Position numbers and translations under genes: made by a program | In this document: positions 20,059-30,951 of the stretch, in pieces | Layout of the letters: each line of letters opens with the position of its first letter | Numbering within the stretch: position 1 is the stretch's first letter | Notes under the pieces: generated by a model | Database searches by the model: none | What the model saw: the letters and a program-made list of their open reading frames with translations, nothing else | What the model was told of the DNA's origin: nothing | NCBI GenBank assembly: GCA_965249575.1 | Contig: OZ252244.1 | Location: 2,624,001 to 2,688,000, forward strand | Direction: 5' to 3' | Length of the DNA stretch: 64,000 nucleotides | Origin: Gemmatimonadales bacterium | GTDB taxonomy: Bacteria > Gemmatimonadota > Gemmatimonadetes > Gemmatimonadales > GWC2-71-9

Positions 20059-22113
20059 TCATCGCACTGCTCGGGAAAGGCGGTTCGATAAGACCGTCTC
20101 CCCAGCGAGCACGAATAGTGCCGCAATCAAAAGATACCACCAGATCGCCTGGCGTCGCTCGCGCTGCTCTGGGGTGAGATTTGCGTCGAGCGCCAGGCCC
20201 GCCGCCGCTGGAGCTCCGGCGGTTATCGCACCCTCGAGCTCGTCGGGATCGAGGGCAGTGAGATCCGATTCGGAAACATCCAGGTTGACTGCCACCGGAT
20301 ACAATGGTGCGTCGGTGATATCGGGGTCCCGGACCTCGTAGAAGCCCTGCTCCCAGAGCTGAAGTGGCCGAACGCCGTCGGCCGCTTCCAGAGGAAAGCG
20401 TGTTCCCCTTGGCGCGGTGACCAAAAGCTCCCTGTCGTCGACGGCCATCCCCGCAAGATCCGCAGCCTGGCCCACGGCGTACGACACCGGGGGCTCCACA
20501 TAGTGCGCCAGGTATGTGACCACCCGATGGGCGAACGGCACGAAGACCGGTTTGAGCGCGAGGTCGTTCCAGAATGGATCCAGTGTGGACGTCCAGACGA
20601 GAACAGTCCCATCACCTATTCGGTTTTCCACGAGTGCGACCGCTCCGTCGTCGAAGCGCGCCAGCACATCGTCCGAAGATTCCAGAAGCACCGGGCGGTA
20701 TTGGAAGAATCGAGCCGACGAAAAGTCACCGCTTCGTGGGGTGCTAAACATCTCGAAAACTGGGTGCTGGTAGTCGACGAACCCCAGCGCCCCGCCCCAG
20801 TCCGCCGACCGGTCGGATGGCCGGTCGAAGGGCCCCGGGAGTAGCTCGCGCGTCTCGGCGCGCCAGGCTTGCGGCGAGCTCCGGTCGCCCAGCGCAACCA
20901 GCAGGCCTCCGCCGCCCGCGACGAAGCTCCGAACCGCACGCCGCCGGGCCGGCCCGGAGACGGCGGCGTCGTTCAGCACGACGACGTCCACCTCGGCCAG
21001 GTCTGCTGATTGGAACTGCGAGGTCTTCTTGACGGTCACTCGGAACGATGGGCGATCGCCGACACCGAGAGCGCGTCGAAGAAACAAACTCCGCTCCGCC
21101 GGTGCCGCCTGGTCCTCCAGTACCAGGACCGAAACGGCCTCGCTCGGCGTGAGCACGAAATGCCACGCGTTGTCCGCCAACAGCCTATCATTGGCTGCGC
21201 GCACGGTACCGCGTAACGGGCCATCCGGAATGGCGAATGGGTCGAACGAAACCGTTGCCGTGCCATTCGATTCAACCGAAACAGTGCTCGTTTGTACCTG
21301 CCGCCCGTCCAACTCCAGAGACACGTCGACATCGCCGGCCGCATCACCGCCCCGCTGGGCCACTCTGGCGGAGACGGTCACCAACTCGCGTCCGGCCCGT
21401 CTACCGCGGCTCAGCGAGAGCCCGGTGATCGCGTGATTGGTCGTATTCCTATCAGACAGATTCACCCGGCTGACCGCAGTTCCGGCCGGGAGCCGCACAC
21501 CCTCGTCACCTGTCCATCCCGTTCGCTGGTAGTCGGAGATGAGGACGATCCGTTTGTTGGGTAGCTGCGACACTTCGAGGATCTTTTCCGCGAGTTTGAG
21601 AGCCGGACCGTAACGGGTTCCGGCCGAGCTGAGCTCAGCCGTATCCAGCGCGACCGTGAGCCCCGCGCGATCCGTGGTCGATCGGACCACCGCGGTTGCC
21701 CGATCGGAAAAGAGCACGAACGACGCCCGGTCGTCCGGCCGTAGCTCACCGATGGCCGACTGGGCGGCGCGGACTCCACGCTCCCATCGGTCTCCATATC
21801 CCATGCTGTATGAGTGGTCGAGCAGCACGACGACCTCTCCTGCATTGGAGAAGGGCGCCGTGGCTTGGGTCGGATCATCGAGGAACGGCCGAGCGAACGC
21901 TGCCACCACGAGGACGATGGCGGCACAGCGGAGCACGAAGAGCAGCCAATGCCTGATCTTTTGGCGCCGTACCGACCGGTATGGGATCCGCCGAAGAAAC
22001 ATAAGGGATGGGAACGCGACGGTCTCGCTCCGCTCGCGATGGATGAGATGCACCAACACCGGTATCGCAAGGGCGCCAAGGCCGAGCAGGAACGCCGGGG
22101 CGAGCAGACTCAC
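20059..22113 (-). CDS. BatA N-terminal + VWA + GATase-like membrane protein
   Basis: PVLVHLI...FPSLMFL...LRCAAI...AFARP; MIDAS DHSYS; ISD; ESDL and C-terminal TM. Confidence 0.88.
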   Translation of the reverse strand: MSLLAPAFLLGLGALAIPVLVHLIHRERSETVAFPSLMFLRRIPYRSVRRQKIRHWLLFVLRCAAIVLVVAAFARPFLDDPTQATAPFSNAGEVVVLLDHSYSMGYGDRWERGVRAAQSAIGELRPDDRASFVLFSDRATAVVRSTTDRAGLTVALDTAELSSAGTRYGPALKLAEKILEVSQLPNKRIVLISDYQRTGWTGDEGVRLPAGTAVSRVNLSDRNTTNHAITGLSLSRGRRAGRELVTVSARVAQRGGDAAGDVDVSLELDGRQVQTSTVSVESNGTATVSFDPFAIPDGPLRGTVRAANDRLLADNAWHFVLTPSEAVSVLVLEDQAAPAERSLFLRRALGVGDRPSFRVTVKKTSQFQSADLAEVDVVVLNDAAVSGPARRRAVRSFVAGGGGLLVALGDRSSPQAWRAETRELLPGPFDRPSDRSADWGGALGFVDYQHPVFEMFSTPRSGDFSSARFFQYRPVLLESSDDVLARFDDGAVALVENRIGDGTVLVWTSTLDPFWNDLALKPVFVPFAHRVVTYLAHYVEPPVSYAVGQAADLAGMAVDDRELLVTAPRGTRFPLEAADGVRPLQLWEQGFYEVRDPDITDAPLYPVAVNLDVSESDLTALDPDELEGAITAGAPAAAGLALDANLTPEQRERRQAIWWYLLIAALFVLAGETVLSNRLSRAVR

Positions 22114-23028
22114 TCAGCGAATCCGGCTCAAGCGTTCACGCCTAGCCAGGTACGTGAACAACGCGTGGTCCAGGGGTTGTGAGGTATCGAACAGCTGGTA
22201 ATCGATCCGGTTTTCCTTCATGAGTGCAGATATCCGCGCGATGTGATTTTGCACCATGTCGTGGTATTGCGCGCGGAGGTAGTCCGGTACGACCGGCAGG
22301 CTCTCCCCGCTCTCGAGATCCTCGAAGTTGGCGGCCTGATCAAACGGGAAGTCGATCTCGACCGGATCGAGCACATGGAACACGATGAGATCGTTTCCTT
22401 TGTAGCGGAGTAGGTTGACCGCTTCGATCACTCGTTCCGGTTCTTCGTACAAGTCCGAGATCAGGACCAGGATTCCCCGCCGCCGGAATCCCTCGGTGAT
22501 CTTCCGTAGAGGTCCCATGAGCTCGCCCTGCGCTCCCGCCTCCAGTCGGTCGAGAGTGTGCAGGACGATCTCGAGGTGCTTGGCCGACGGCGGCACAAAA
22601 TCTCGGACCTCGGAATCGAAGGTCACGAGTCCGACCCTGTCCCGCTGCTTGTGTGAGAAGTAAGCGAGACTCGCCGCCAGGTACCGCCCATAGTCGAGCT
22701 TCGAGATTCCAGCACGCCCATAGTCCATTGAGCGGGAAATGTCGAAGATCAGGCTGAAGTTTGCGTTGGTGTCGGCCTCGAACTCCTTGACGTAATACCT
22801 GTCTGTTCGCGCGTACAGTCGCCAATCGATGCGACGGATGTCGTCTCCTGGCATGTATGCCCGATGCTCGGCGAAGTCGACGGAAAGACCGAGGTACGGT
22901 GAATGGTGGAGTCCGTTGATGAATCCCTCAACGACGGTGCGCGCCAGGAGCTCGAGATTGTCGATCCGGGAGAGAATCTTGGGATCGAGGAATCCCGCGC
23001 CCGGGACCTGGGTGGCGCTCACGGGCAC
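22114..23028 (-). CDS. DUF58 domain protein (MoxR partner)
   Basis: FAEHRAYMPGDDIRRIDWRLYAR, DISRSM, ISD. Confidence 0.93.
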   Translation of the reverse strand: MPVSATQVPGAGFLDPKILSRIDNLELLARTVVEGFINGLHHSPYLGLSVDFAEHRAYMPGDDIRRIDWRLYARTDRYYVKEFEADTNANFSLIFDISRSMDYGRAGISKLDYGRYLAASLAYFSHKQRDRVGLVTFDSEVRDFVPPSAKHLEIVLHTLDRLEAGAQGELMGPLRKITEGFRRRGILVLISDLYEEPERVIEAVNLLRYKGNDLIVFHVLDPVEIDFPFDQAANFEDLESGESLPVVPDYLRAQYHDMVQNHIARISALMKENRIDYQLFDTSQPLDHALFTYLARRERLSRIR

Positions 23029-23079
23029 GCGAACGGCCCTCGCGGAGTCGGGGACGATGTCATGCTCGGCAACCGTCCA

Positions 23080-24117
23080 CTACATGTTGGACTTGGGTAG
23101 CGGCACGGCTTCTAGGAGCTGGTCGATCAGCTGATCGGAAGTGACCCGCTCGGATTCCGCGTGGAAGTTCGTGAGGATGCGGTGCCGGAGTACCGGATGC
23201 GCCAGGGCGTGGATGTCGTCGAAATTGACGTGATACCGTCCCCGCATGAGTGCCCTAGCCTTGCCGCCCAGTATCAGGTATTGCGACGCGCGAACACTCG
23301 CCCCGTACTCGACCCATTTCTTGATGAAGTCGAGCGCGCCGTCGGCCGTGGGCCGGCTCATGCGGGCGAGAGCGACGGCGTAACGCGTGACAGGATCGGC
23401 CACGGGGACCTTCCGGACCAATTGCTGAAATGCAATGAGGTCCGGCCCGGTTACGGCGTGTTCAAACCGATGATCCTGGATTGAGGTAGTCGAGCGGACT
23501 ACCTCAATTTCCTCATCTTCGGACAGATACTCGATGGTAATGTGGAACATAAAGCGGTCGAGCTGAGCTTCCGGCAACGGGTAGGTCCCCTCAAGCTCGA
23601 TTGGGTTTTGCGTCGCGAACACGAAGAACGGCTCTTCGAGCTGGTAGGTCGTGCCCTGAACGGTCACTCTGTGCTCCTGCATCGCTTCCAGGAGGGCGGA
23701 CTGAGTCTTGGGAGGCGTCCGGTTGATTTCGTCCGCGAGCACGATGTTGCTGAAGATCGGTCCGGGGGTGAAAACCATGCGTCGATTGCCCGTTTCCGGA
23801 TCGTCCTGAATGATGTCTGTCCCGGTGATGTCGGAGGGCATGAGATCCGGCGTGAACTGTATCCTCGAGAACTTGAGGTCCAGCACCTGAGCCAGGGTAT
23901 GTATCAGCAGCGTCTTTGCGAGACCCGGGACGCCCACGATGAGGCTGTTGCCGCCAACCAGCAAGGAAAGGAGCGCCTGCTCGATTACGCCCTCCTGGCC
24001 CACGATGAGCTTCTTGAGCTCGGCCATGATTTGATCGTTACCGGACTTGAGACGCTCGGCCAGCGCAACGTCGTCAGCGGATTCGAGTCGTACCGATTCG
24101 GTTGAAGCGATGCCCAC
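23080..24117 (-). CDS. MoxR-family AAA+ ATPase
   Basis: GVPGLAKT, RIQFTPDLMPSD, LADEINRTPPKTQSALLEAMQE, ATQNPIELEGTYPLPEAQLDRF. Confidence 0.96.
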   Translation of the reverse strand: MGIASTESVRLESADDVALAERLKSGNDQIMAELKKLIVGQEGVIEQALLSLLVGGNSLIVGVPGLAKTLLIHTLAQVLDLKFSRIQFTPDLMPSDITGTDIIQDDPETGNRRMVFTPGPIFSNIVLADEINRTPPKTQSALLEAMQEHRVTVQGTTYQLEEPFFVFATQNPIELEGTYPLPEAQLDRFMFHITIEYLSEDEEIEVVRSTTSIQDHRFEHAVTGPDLIAFQQLVRKVPVADPVTRYAVALARMSRPTADGALDFIKKWVEYGASVRASQYLILGGKARALMRGRYHVNFDDIHALAHPVLRHRILTNFHAESERVTSDQLIDQLLEAVPLPKSNM

Positions 24118-24184
24118 GGGGTCTCCTGTCCAGTTGTGTTGCGATGCGCACCGGAGCCCGGCCGCTCAGGCCGCGACCCGACCG

Positions 24185-25006
24185 CTAGTGTGTCATGCCG
24201 TAAATGATGTAGTTCACGCCGAGCTTATACGCCTCGTTCGACAGCTCGATCGGAATGTACCCGGCGTCCGACCATTCCCAGTAATCCCCGATGTCGTTGT
24301 TGTAGTTCACGATCACCATCAATCGGCCGGTCGGATCGTTATTCTCGAATACCCCGTAGTAGACGGGTATATCGCCGGAGTACGGCGGGGGAAAGTCGAG
24401 CGACGCAAGCTGAAAGAACGTCGTGAAGATGGGGTGCGTAATGTCGAGTTCGACGAGATGCTCGTCCGGAAGCGCTCGATGGAGCTGCCGGGCGAAATTG
24501 TCCCAGTGGTATCCCCTGAAATCGTCGACGATTAAGAAGCCACCCTTGCGGAGATAAGCGCGGAGACCTTCGACCTCGCGAGGATTCATGGTCCAGAACC
24601 CGGGCTCGCAGAGATACGCCACCGGGAATCGGTTCAGCTCCGGATCGTCCAGGGCGAATACATTGCCGCCGTGCATGTACGGGTCAACCCCGCTGACCTC
24701 CTTTAAGATCTTCATGAGGTTGCGCTCGGCCCGGGGATAGTCATGGTCCCACTTGAGGTCCGGTCCTCCCCAGTAGTAGCCGTCACCGCTCGAACTCGGC
24801 GTGAATCGGACGCGGACGAAGGTGAACCGCCCGTCGTATGGGGCATTGTAAATGGCATGCTGGGGGCCGGCGGGTGCAGAAGGTCGCGCCCACTGAGTAA
24901 CCGGCCGGGTCCAGGTTCCCGAATGATCTGAGTCGGTGCGTCCCAGTACGAGCAGGCCCGGCATCGTGAGGAGGCCGGCGCCCATTGTCAGCAGCGCCCA
25001 CTTCAT
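24185..25006 (-). CDS. Exported DUF4159 protein (copy A)
   Basis: WDHDYPRAE, LRAYLRKGGFLIVDDF, HPIF, GRLMVIVNYNNDIGDYWEW. Confidence 0.85.
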   Translation of the reverse strand: MKWALLTMGAGLLTMPGLLVLGRTDSDHSGTWTRPVTQWARPSAPAGPQHAIYNAPYDGRFTFVRVRFTPSSSGDGYYWGGPDLKWDHDYPRAERNLMKILKEVSGVDPYMHGGNVFALDDPELNRFPVAYLCEPGFWTMNPREVEGLRAYLRKGGFLIVDDFRGYHWDNFARQLHRALPDEHLVELDITHPIFTTFFQLASLDFPPPYSGDIPVYYGVFENNDPTGRLMVIVNYNNDIGDYWEWSDAGYIPIELSNEAYKLGVNYIIYGMTH

Positions 25007-27660
25007 ACCGCCCCCACGGTGGTGCGCTTGCTCTCACGGAGTTCGAGGAGTAGCGCCTGGGCCTTCTCGAAGCTCGGCGCGTGCTCGAGCGCACGGATTA
25101 CCTCCCGGCGTGCCGAAATGATGTCACCGGCTTCGTAATACGCCAGGGCGAGCTGATACAGCGCTTCGGCGCGATCCACCGGGTCGAGGGCCACGATGGC
25201 ACGACGCTCTCGGATAGCGGGTTTGTGATGTCCCAGCCCGCGATAGAGATCCGCCAGCTTCGTGTGGGTGCCGGGCTCGAGCGGGTAGATATACATGAGG
25301 CGGTCGAGCATTCCCGCGGCCCCTACGCTGTCGCCGAGTTGCTCGAGGAGGAGACTCAATGCCACGTGAGCGTCGTAGTGGTTCTCGTTAATCGAAGTGA
25401 GCCGGTCGAGCTCGGCCGCTGCACGGCGCAAAGCCCCTCGGTCCCGGTGAAACCGAGCAAGGTACCAGTATGGACTGTCTGCGGCTGCATAATCCGGGAA
25501 CAACGCCTTCGCTCGCTCCAGGTACGGGATCGCTTCGTCGAACTTCCCTTCCTCGAAGAGGATCTTCCCGACGGTGAGTTGCGCGGAGAAATCTCCTACG
25601 TCGTCCCTCGCTCGCTTCTCCATCTCGGCCCGAGTTGGCACCGTTCGCGAGGTGCCGGATCGTGTGCTGCGAAGGGCGGCCAAAGGACCGGCGAATCGTT
25701 CTTTCATGTATAGGTCTAACGAGTGATCGAACTCCTCGAGATCGGTTTGCAGCACGCGGTGGAATACTTGAACCGTCGTCAACCCTTCACCGTAGCCTAT
25801 GAGCATAGAAAGGAGCGCATCAAGGCCCGCATCGCGCTCGATAAGCTCGCAGATGAGAGATGCCTGATAGTACGAAAAGCTGACCTGGCCCGCATAACGG
25901 GGCCGGACGAATCCGCTGTTTAGCTCCCGGAGGGGAAGGAGCTTCTCCTCCGCGTACGCCATCAGAAAGGCCAGGCTCACGTCGTCGCCCCACCCCGGCC
26001 GGGCGCGGCGCTCCTCGAGCACGGAAAGCCCTTCCGCAAACCAGCGGGGAATCCGGTGCTTGCTCAACCCCAGCGTAAAGGAGTGGGCCAGCTCGTGCCA
26101 GAGCGTGGATCCCCAGTTGAACTGGCCGGTTTTGCGCGCTGACGGGGAGTCCATTGCGATCACGGGTCCGAAGCTCACTCCGAGCGCACCCAGGCCGGCG
26201 AGACCGACGGTTCTGACCGAGAAGTCGGCATGTGTTGGGTATATCTCGAGGCGGATCGGTGTGGGAGGCTCGTAGCGATAGCGTTCGGCCAGCTTCTGAA
26301 ATGCCTCCTCCGCGAGGGAGAGTACGTACGGAGACAAGAGCGCCGCTTCGTCGGCGTGTATGGCGACGTGAAACTGGTCGGTTCGGGTCTCCTCGTAACG
26401 CGCGAACGTATCGAGCAGGTCGAGCGTGTTCTTGATCCATACGTTGTAAGGGTCACCCTCGAACGCAATCTCGAGTTGCTTCTTCCCCTCCTCGATCGCG
26501 CCGAGTCGCATCTGCCCGATGCCCAATAGACCATGCCCGCGCCACGATCGCTCGTCCAGGCTAACCGCCTGGCGGGCGAGGTCGACCGCCTCGTAGTACA
26601 GGCGATTTTGCGCGCTCAACTCGGCGACCGTGTTGTACAGGTCGGCGTCCAGGGGGTTGCGCTGGAGCGCCCGGTCGCGAGCGTCCTCGTAGCCCTTTTG
26701 GTCTCCACTCACGAGGCGGGCCGCCGCAAGCATGGCCAGCGCGGGCGAAGAGCCCGGATCGACGGCGAGCGCTCGCGTGAGCTGCTCCTCCGCCCGGTCG
26801 GTATCCTCTAGCTCGAGGTATAGTCGGGCCAAGAAAACCTGAGCCTCGATCAGGTTGGGATTGACCGCCAGGCTTTGCTCGGTCAGTTCGAGTGCCCGGG
26901 GCGACCCGTCGAAATGGAGGCTCTGGGCCAGACCGAGCAGCGCGCGCGGGTGTGACGGATTGGTGTCGAGGACCCGCTGGAAGGTGGCCTGCGCGTCGGT
27001 GCTGTTGTATTTGTCGAGAAACATCTCCCCGAGCTGTACCAGCGGCTCGAGGTTCGCCGGGTCGGTGGCGACTGCTTCATCGAACGCGCGGAGCGCGTCC
27101 TTGAAGAGCTGAGGGTCCTCGGCGCCTAGGTACCGACAGGCGATCCCGACCGCGGTGAGCGCTTCCGACGTTAGGCCGGCGCTCTGATTGTATAGATCGA
27201 TGAAACGGTCGAATCGGCGGGAGGATTCCTTGTACTGGCCGGTGGCGTGGAGCAACACCGCCAGATTGATCTCCGCGGTGAGGCGATCCGACGCTCCTCC
27301 CTCGATAGAAGTCGTGAACGCGAATCGCGCGTCTTCCACGCGGCCGCGCCGGTACAGCACCTCGCCCAGCCTGTTTTCCAGTTCGGGAGATCCAGGATGG
27401 GCTGCCGAGTAGGCCCGCGCGGCCGCAGCAGCCTCGGGGTAGCGCCCCACCGCGATCAGCGCAACCACCTGGCCCCGGTACGCAGCGGCTGGCGCCCGCG
27501 CAGGCCGCACGAGTCGTTCGAAAATATCGATCGCTTCATCGTATCGGCCGGAAGCAAGCGCGGTTTCGCCATCTGCGATTTGTTGAACGGCACACACCGG
27601 GCCCGTCAGCGAGGTAAGTAGGGCGATCGCAGCGCACCAGGGCCCGCACCGGCGAGTCAT
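25003..27660 (-). CDS. Exported TPR protein with central peptidase MA-like (gluzincin) domain
   Basis: Signal peptide; many TPRs; WHELAH...PRWFAEG. Confidence 0.85.
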   Translation of the reverse strand: MTRRCGPWCAAIALLTSLTGPVCAVQQIADGETALASGRYDEAIDIFERLVRPARAPAAAYRGQVVALIAVGRYPEAAAAARAYSAAHPGSPELENRLGEVLYRRGRVEDARFAFTTSIEGGASDRLTAEINLAVLLHATGQYKESSRRFDRFIDLYNQSAGLTSEALTAVGIACRYLGAEDPQLFKDALRAFDEAVATDPANLEPLVQLGEMFLDKYNSTDAQATFQRVLDTNPSHPRALLGLAQSLHFDGSPRALELTEQSLAVNPNLIEAQVFLARLYLELEDTDRAEEQLTRALAVDPGSSPALAMLAAARLVSGDQKGYEDARDRALQRNPLDADLYNTVAELSAQNRLYYEAVDLARQAVSLDERSWRGHGLLGIGQMRLGAIEEGKKQLEIAFEGDPYNVWIKNTLDLLDTFARYEETRTDQFHVAIHADEAALLSPYVLSLAEEAFQKLAERYRYEPPTPIRLEIYPTHADFSVRTVGLAGLGALGVSFGPVIAMDSPSARKTGQFNWGSTLWHELAHSFTLGLSKHRIPRWFAEGLSVLEERRARPGWGDDVSLAFLMAYAEEKLLPLRELNSGFVRPRYAGQVSFSYYQASLICELIERDAGLDALLSMLIGYGEGLTTVQVFHRVLQTDLEEFDHSLDLYMKERFAGPLAALRSTRSGTSRTVPTRAEMEKRARDDVGDFSAQLTVGKILFEEGKFDEAIPYLERAKALFPDYAAADSPYWYLARFHRDRGALRRAAAELDRLTSINENHYDAHVALSLLLEQLGDSVGAAGMLDRLMYIYPLEPGTHTKLADLYRGLGHHKPAIRERRAIVALDPVDRAEALYQLALAYYEAGDIISARREVIRALEHAPSFEKAQALLLELRESKRTTVGAV

Positions 27661-28655
27661 CGTCCCCCCGCCTCGGCTTCCCGGATGGCGCGGCTCTTCA
27701 GGGCCAACTCGACGAGCAGCGCCTCGAGCTCTTCCGCATATAGTCCGGACTCCATGGATTCCTTCTGAAGCTTCAGTGCCTCAACGCGGGACTCGAGGTC
27801 GAGCCGTTCTCGGTAGAGTGCCGCAACAGCCGGATTCTCCGGACGGATCCTCTCCCGTAGGCCTTCTGACAGGAACAACGTCTTCGCCAGCGCTCCGTCT
27901 CCGGCCCGAGGATCAGGGGTACGGCTCCCCACGCCATCCCCGTTGTCGTCCAGCATCGCGTGCTCGGTAACGAGCAGGTCCTGCGATTCGTAGTGGCGTC
28001 GTACCTCTCGCTGTGCGTACTCGAAGGCCTCGAGGACGGAGACCCTCTTGTCCTTATCGGCATCGGCCCCGTCGCCGGCAAACGCCCGCACGAAGAATTC
28101 CGCAAAGACCGTCTCGTTTCGCTGGGAACCGCTTCTCGTCGCCGTGACGACGGTGCGGTTCGGGCCCGATAAGCTGGGGATGAAGTCGCCACTGGCGCTT
28201 GCGGAGTTCACAAACACGATGCGCTGCGTCGGGAATCGACGGAGGAGCCGGGCGAAATCGGCGTCGGTGATGTCAGGACCAGGCAGATTGAAGCGTGAGC
28301 GGTCCCCCCGCTGAGTTCCGTGCCCGATCAGGAAGATGAAGACACGGTCACTGGGCCCCGTGGTCGCCGCGAGCCGCTCGAGTACTGCCTCGACGTTCTC
28401 TTTCGTCGAACGGCCGGTGATGCGCTGGGGGTCGCGTGCTGGTGTGGGCGCCAGGTAGATGACCGCAGAATCGGGAAGGCCGAAGCGCTCGCGCGCCGAA
28501 TCGGTCATCGCACTGGCCGAGCTATGGAAGGACTGCTCATACCGCGGCTCACCGCCCAGGCCCGCGATCACGACTAGGTGTGACTGTTGGGCGAATCCGC
28601 TGGTCGCCGAGCCTAGGCCGATTGCCGCGACCGGGATCAGCCCGGGCACCCTCAC
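27657..28655 (-). CDS. Exported caspase/legumain(C13)-fold-like protein lacking the catalytic Cys
   Basis: FIFLIGHG; VNSASASG at the expected Cys position; VVTAT; DADKDKRVSVLEAF; GTGA overlap with the upstream gene. Confidence 0.65.
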   Translation of the reverse strand: MRVPGLIPVAAIGLGSATSGFAQQSHLVVIAGLGGEPRYEQSFHSSASAMTDSARERFGLPDSAVIYLAPTPARDPQRITGRSTKENVEAVLERLAATTGPSDRVFIFLIGHGTQRGDRSRFNLPGPDITDADFARLLRRFPTQRIVFVNSASASGDFIPSLSGPNRTVVTATRSGSQRNETVFAEFFVRAFAGDGADADKDKRVSVLEAFEYAQREVRRHYESQDLLVTEHAMLDDNGDGVGSRTPDPRAGDGALAKTLFLSEGLRERIRPENPAVAALYRERLDLESRVEALKLQKESMESGLYAEELEALLVELALKSRAIREAEAGGR

Positions 28656-30943
28656 GCCAGTCCCCGCGAACGGCGGTATCCCCACTCACCGGCGATGAGC
28701 AGGACGACCGCGAAAAACACAGCGGGCATGTCCCAGAGATCCTTCTCCTCCAAGACCGCGGCACCACTCTCGGTGTAACTGATGTCCTCCGGGAGGACGG
28801 AGACCGTTTGGGGCGTGTAGAATCGGCCGCCAGTTTCTGCGGCAATGCGCTTCAGCACCGAGGACCGCATCTCGGCGCCGAAGTACTCAGTCGGTAGGTC
28901 TCCGGCGAGTACGTAGGCGGTATTACTCGAGTGGTAGGTCTCCGCGGTGGTCGCGTCGACCGTGACCTCGTGCAGGCCCGACTGCCGTGGTGCGTATGCG
29001 GCTTGGTACTGACCGTTCCGATCGACCGTCCAATCCATCTCGACCTCATGCTCGGCTCCGGTCGGATCGGTGATGCGGGCAACCACCCGAGCGTCGTTCA
29101 CCTCGAGGTACGTACTGTCATCCACCTCGGCCGTGACCATTATGGGGTCGCCCGGGGCCATACGGTCCGAAGACGTGGTTACTCCGACCTGTGTGGGCAC
29201 GTCACTTACCAGCCACCGGAGGAGCTGGCGCCAGAACATCTCGTGCGTCATGTCCTCGAGGGGGATTTCGGCATGCATCTGCCAAATCCAGGAATCCTGC
29301 GGGGTGAACGCGATAGTCTTACCCCTGCCGTAGCGGTGGTAGGCTAGCACTACTTGGGAATCACCCGTGTCCGACCGCCTGCCCGTGATGAGCGTGGTCG
29401 CCCCCGCCTTCACCCTCCCGATCGGATTGAACGTCGAGAGCGGAGGCAGCTCCTCCCAGCGCTCGGCCGAGGCCTCGTCGCCGTCCGCGATTCTGGTCAC
29501 GGCGTGCGACCTGCCCGCCGGAGTGAGCTCGACTTCCACCTCGGTGAAGAATCGGCTGCCCGGATCCGCGTCCCCCGGCTCGAGTACCACCGGGAGAACG
29601 TTCTCGACGGCCGTACCCGCGTATCCCCCTTCCGCAAAGGCGAGCCGCCCGCCAAGCGTGAGCAAGCCACCTCCCCGCTGGTTGACGAAGTCCTCGATCA
29701 TTCGCAGCTGATCCGGGGTGAAGAACCCGGCTTCCACGCTGCCGAGGATCAACCCGCGGTATGCAAAGAGCTCCTCGCGAGTCTTCGGGAACCCACCGCT
29801 CAACTCCTCGGCATCGTCCACGTCGAGGCGGAGGAACTTGCTCTCGGCTGTCCGCTGCAGCGCGGTGACCTGTATGTTCTCGTCAGCGGCCACCGCGCGG
29901 CGGATGAACTTGAGCTCGAAGCGGGGCTCACCCTCGAAGTACAGGATCTTCTCCCGCCGGTCTTCTACGACAACGAGTGCCTCGCGCTGATTGTTCTCCG
30001 CGACCAGTTCGCCGGGCTGGGCTGGAATACGGAAGCGAAACAGTCGAGGCCCGGGTTCGGTGGCCGTCACGTGCACTCGCACCGCGGCCGCCTCGCCGTC
30101 ACGCGGCAGCTCCACCTCCTTCGATCCGACGACCCTCCCCTCGTCCTCGACCAGAACCTCTACCCGGGAGCCGCGGTAGCCGTTTTGCGTCACGACGAGA
30201 TCGACGGCGACCGATGCTCCCTTGAGCACGGATCGCGGCACGGTGGCCCGCACGATCTCGATGTCCTTGGCGAAACGCTCTTCCCCGAGGCCGATGGTGT
30301 ACACAGGGACCTTGCTGGCCCTGAGCGCCAGCAGTGGCTCGGTGAGCCCCGATTCAGCGTTGTCGGCCCCATCGGTGACGACTACCAGCCCGGAGAGCGG
30401 GACGCCGGCGAGCTCGCCTCTCGCGTGCTCGAGCGCTCCGCCGAGTCGCGTCCGTGTCCCTGTGAACGTGAGCTCCGCGGGGCCGGTAATGCGTTCCGTG
30501 CTCGATGAGAAGCGGAAGAAGCGTAGGATGAATCGCTCGGAGAGCGCCGCGAGGAGCGCGCCGCCCTCGGCTCCGAAGCTCTCCTCGACAAAAAGGCTGC
30601 GAGCCCGGCCATCGCCGTCCGGGATCTGCATGCTTTGCGAGTCGTCGATCAAGATGCCCAGGAAGTTGCGCTGCGGGACGACGGTCGATAGCACGAGCTT
30701 CGGCTGCAGTAAGCAGAACACCAAGACCGCCAGCACGGCCACTCGCAGGATGGTGAGCACCGTGCGGTCGCGGGGGCGCGTCTTCCCGCGTGCCGTCGCG
30801 TACGTAGCGGCGACGAGGATCCCGACCACCCCAACCGCCAGAAGGACGACGTACATCGGCCAGGTGGCGGCGAAAGCGAACTGTCCCTTCTCCCACACGA
30901 CCATGCGGTACTTGAACAGGAAATGAAAGATCGACTCGAGCAT
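28652..30943 (-). CDS. Membrane protein with VWA and class-I glutamine-amidotransferase-like domains
   Basis: DDSQSM, VTDG, EGEPRFELKF, GGGLLTLGG, FWRQLLRWL, C-terminal TM EWGYRRSRGLA. Confidence 0.85.
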   Translation of the reverse strand: MLESIFHFLFKYRMVVWEKGQFAFAATWPMYVVLLAVGVVGILVAATYATARGKTRPRDRTVLTILRVAVLAVLVFCLLQPKLVLSTVVPQRNFLGILIDDSQSMQIPDGDGRARSLFVEESFGAEGGALLAALSERFILRFFRFSSSTERITGPAELTFTGTRTRLGGALEHARGELAGVPLSGLVVVTDGADNAESGLTEPLLALRASKVPVYTIGLGEERFAKDIEIVRATVPRSVLKGASVAVDLVVTQNGYRGSRVEVLVEDEGRVVGSKEVELPRDGEAAAVRVHVTATEPGPRLFRFRIPAQPGELVAENNQREALVVVEDRREKILYFEGEPRFELKFIRRAVAADENIQVTALQRTAESKFLRLDVDDAEELSGGFPKTREELFAYRGLILGSVEAGFFTPDQLRMIEDFVNQRGGGLLTLGGRLAFAEGGYAGTAVENVLPVVLEPGDADPGSRFFTEVEVELTPAGRSHAVTRIADGDEASAERWEELPPLSTFNPIGRVKAGATTLITGRRSDTGDSQVVLAYHRYGRGKTIAFTPQDSWIWQMHAEIPLEDMTHEMFWRQLLRWLVSDVPTQVGVTTSSDRMAPGDPIMVTAEVDDSTYLEVNDARVVARITDPTGAEHEVEMDWTVDRNGQYQAAYAPRQSGLHEVTVDATTAETYHSSNTAYVLAGDLPTEYFGAEMRSSVLKRIAAETGGRFYTPQTVSVLPEDISYTESGAAVLEEKDLWDMPAVFFAVVLLIAGEWGYRRSRGLA

Positions 30944-30951
30944 ACTTGGCC

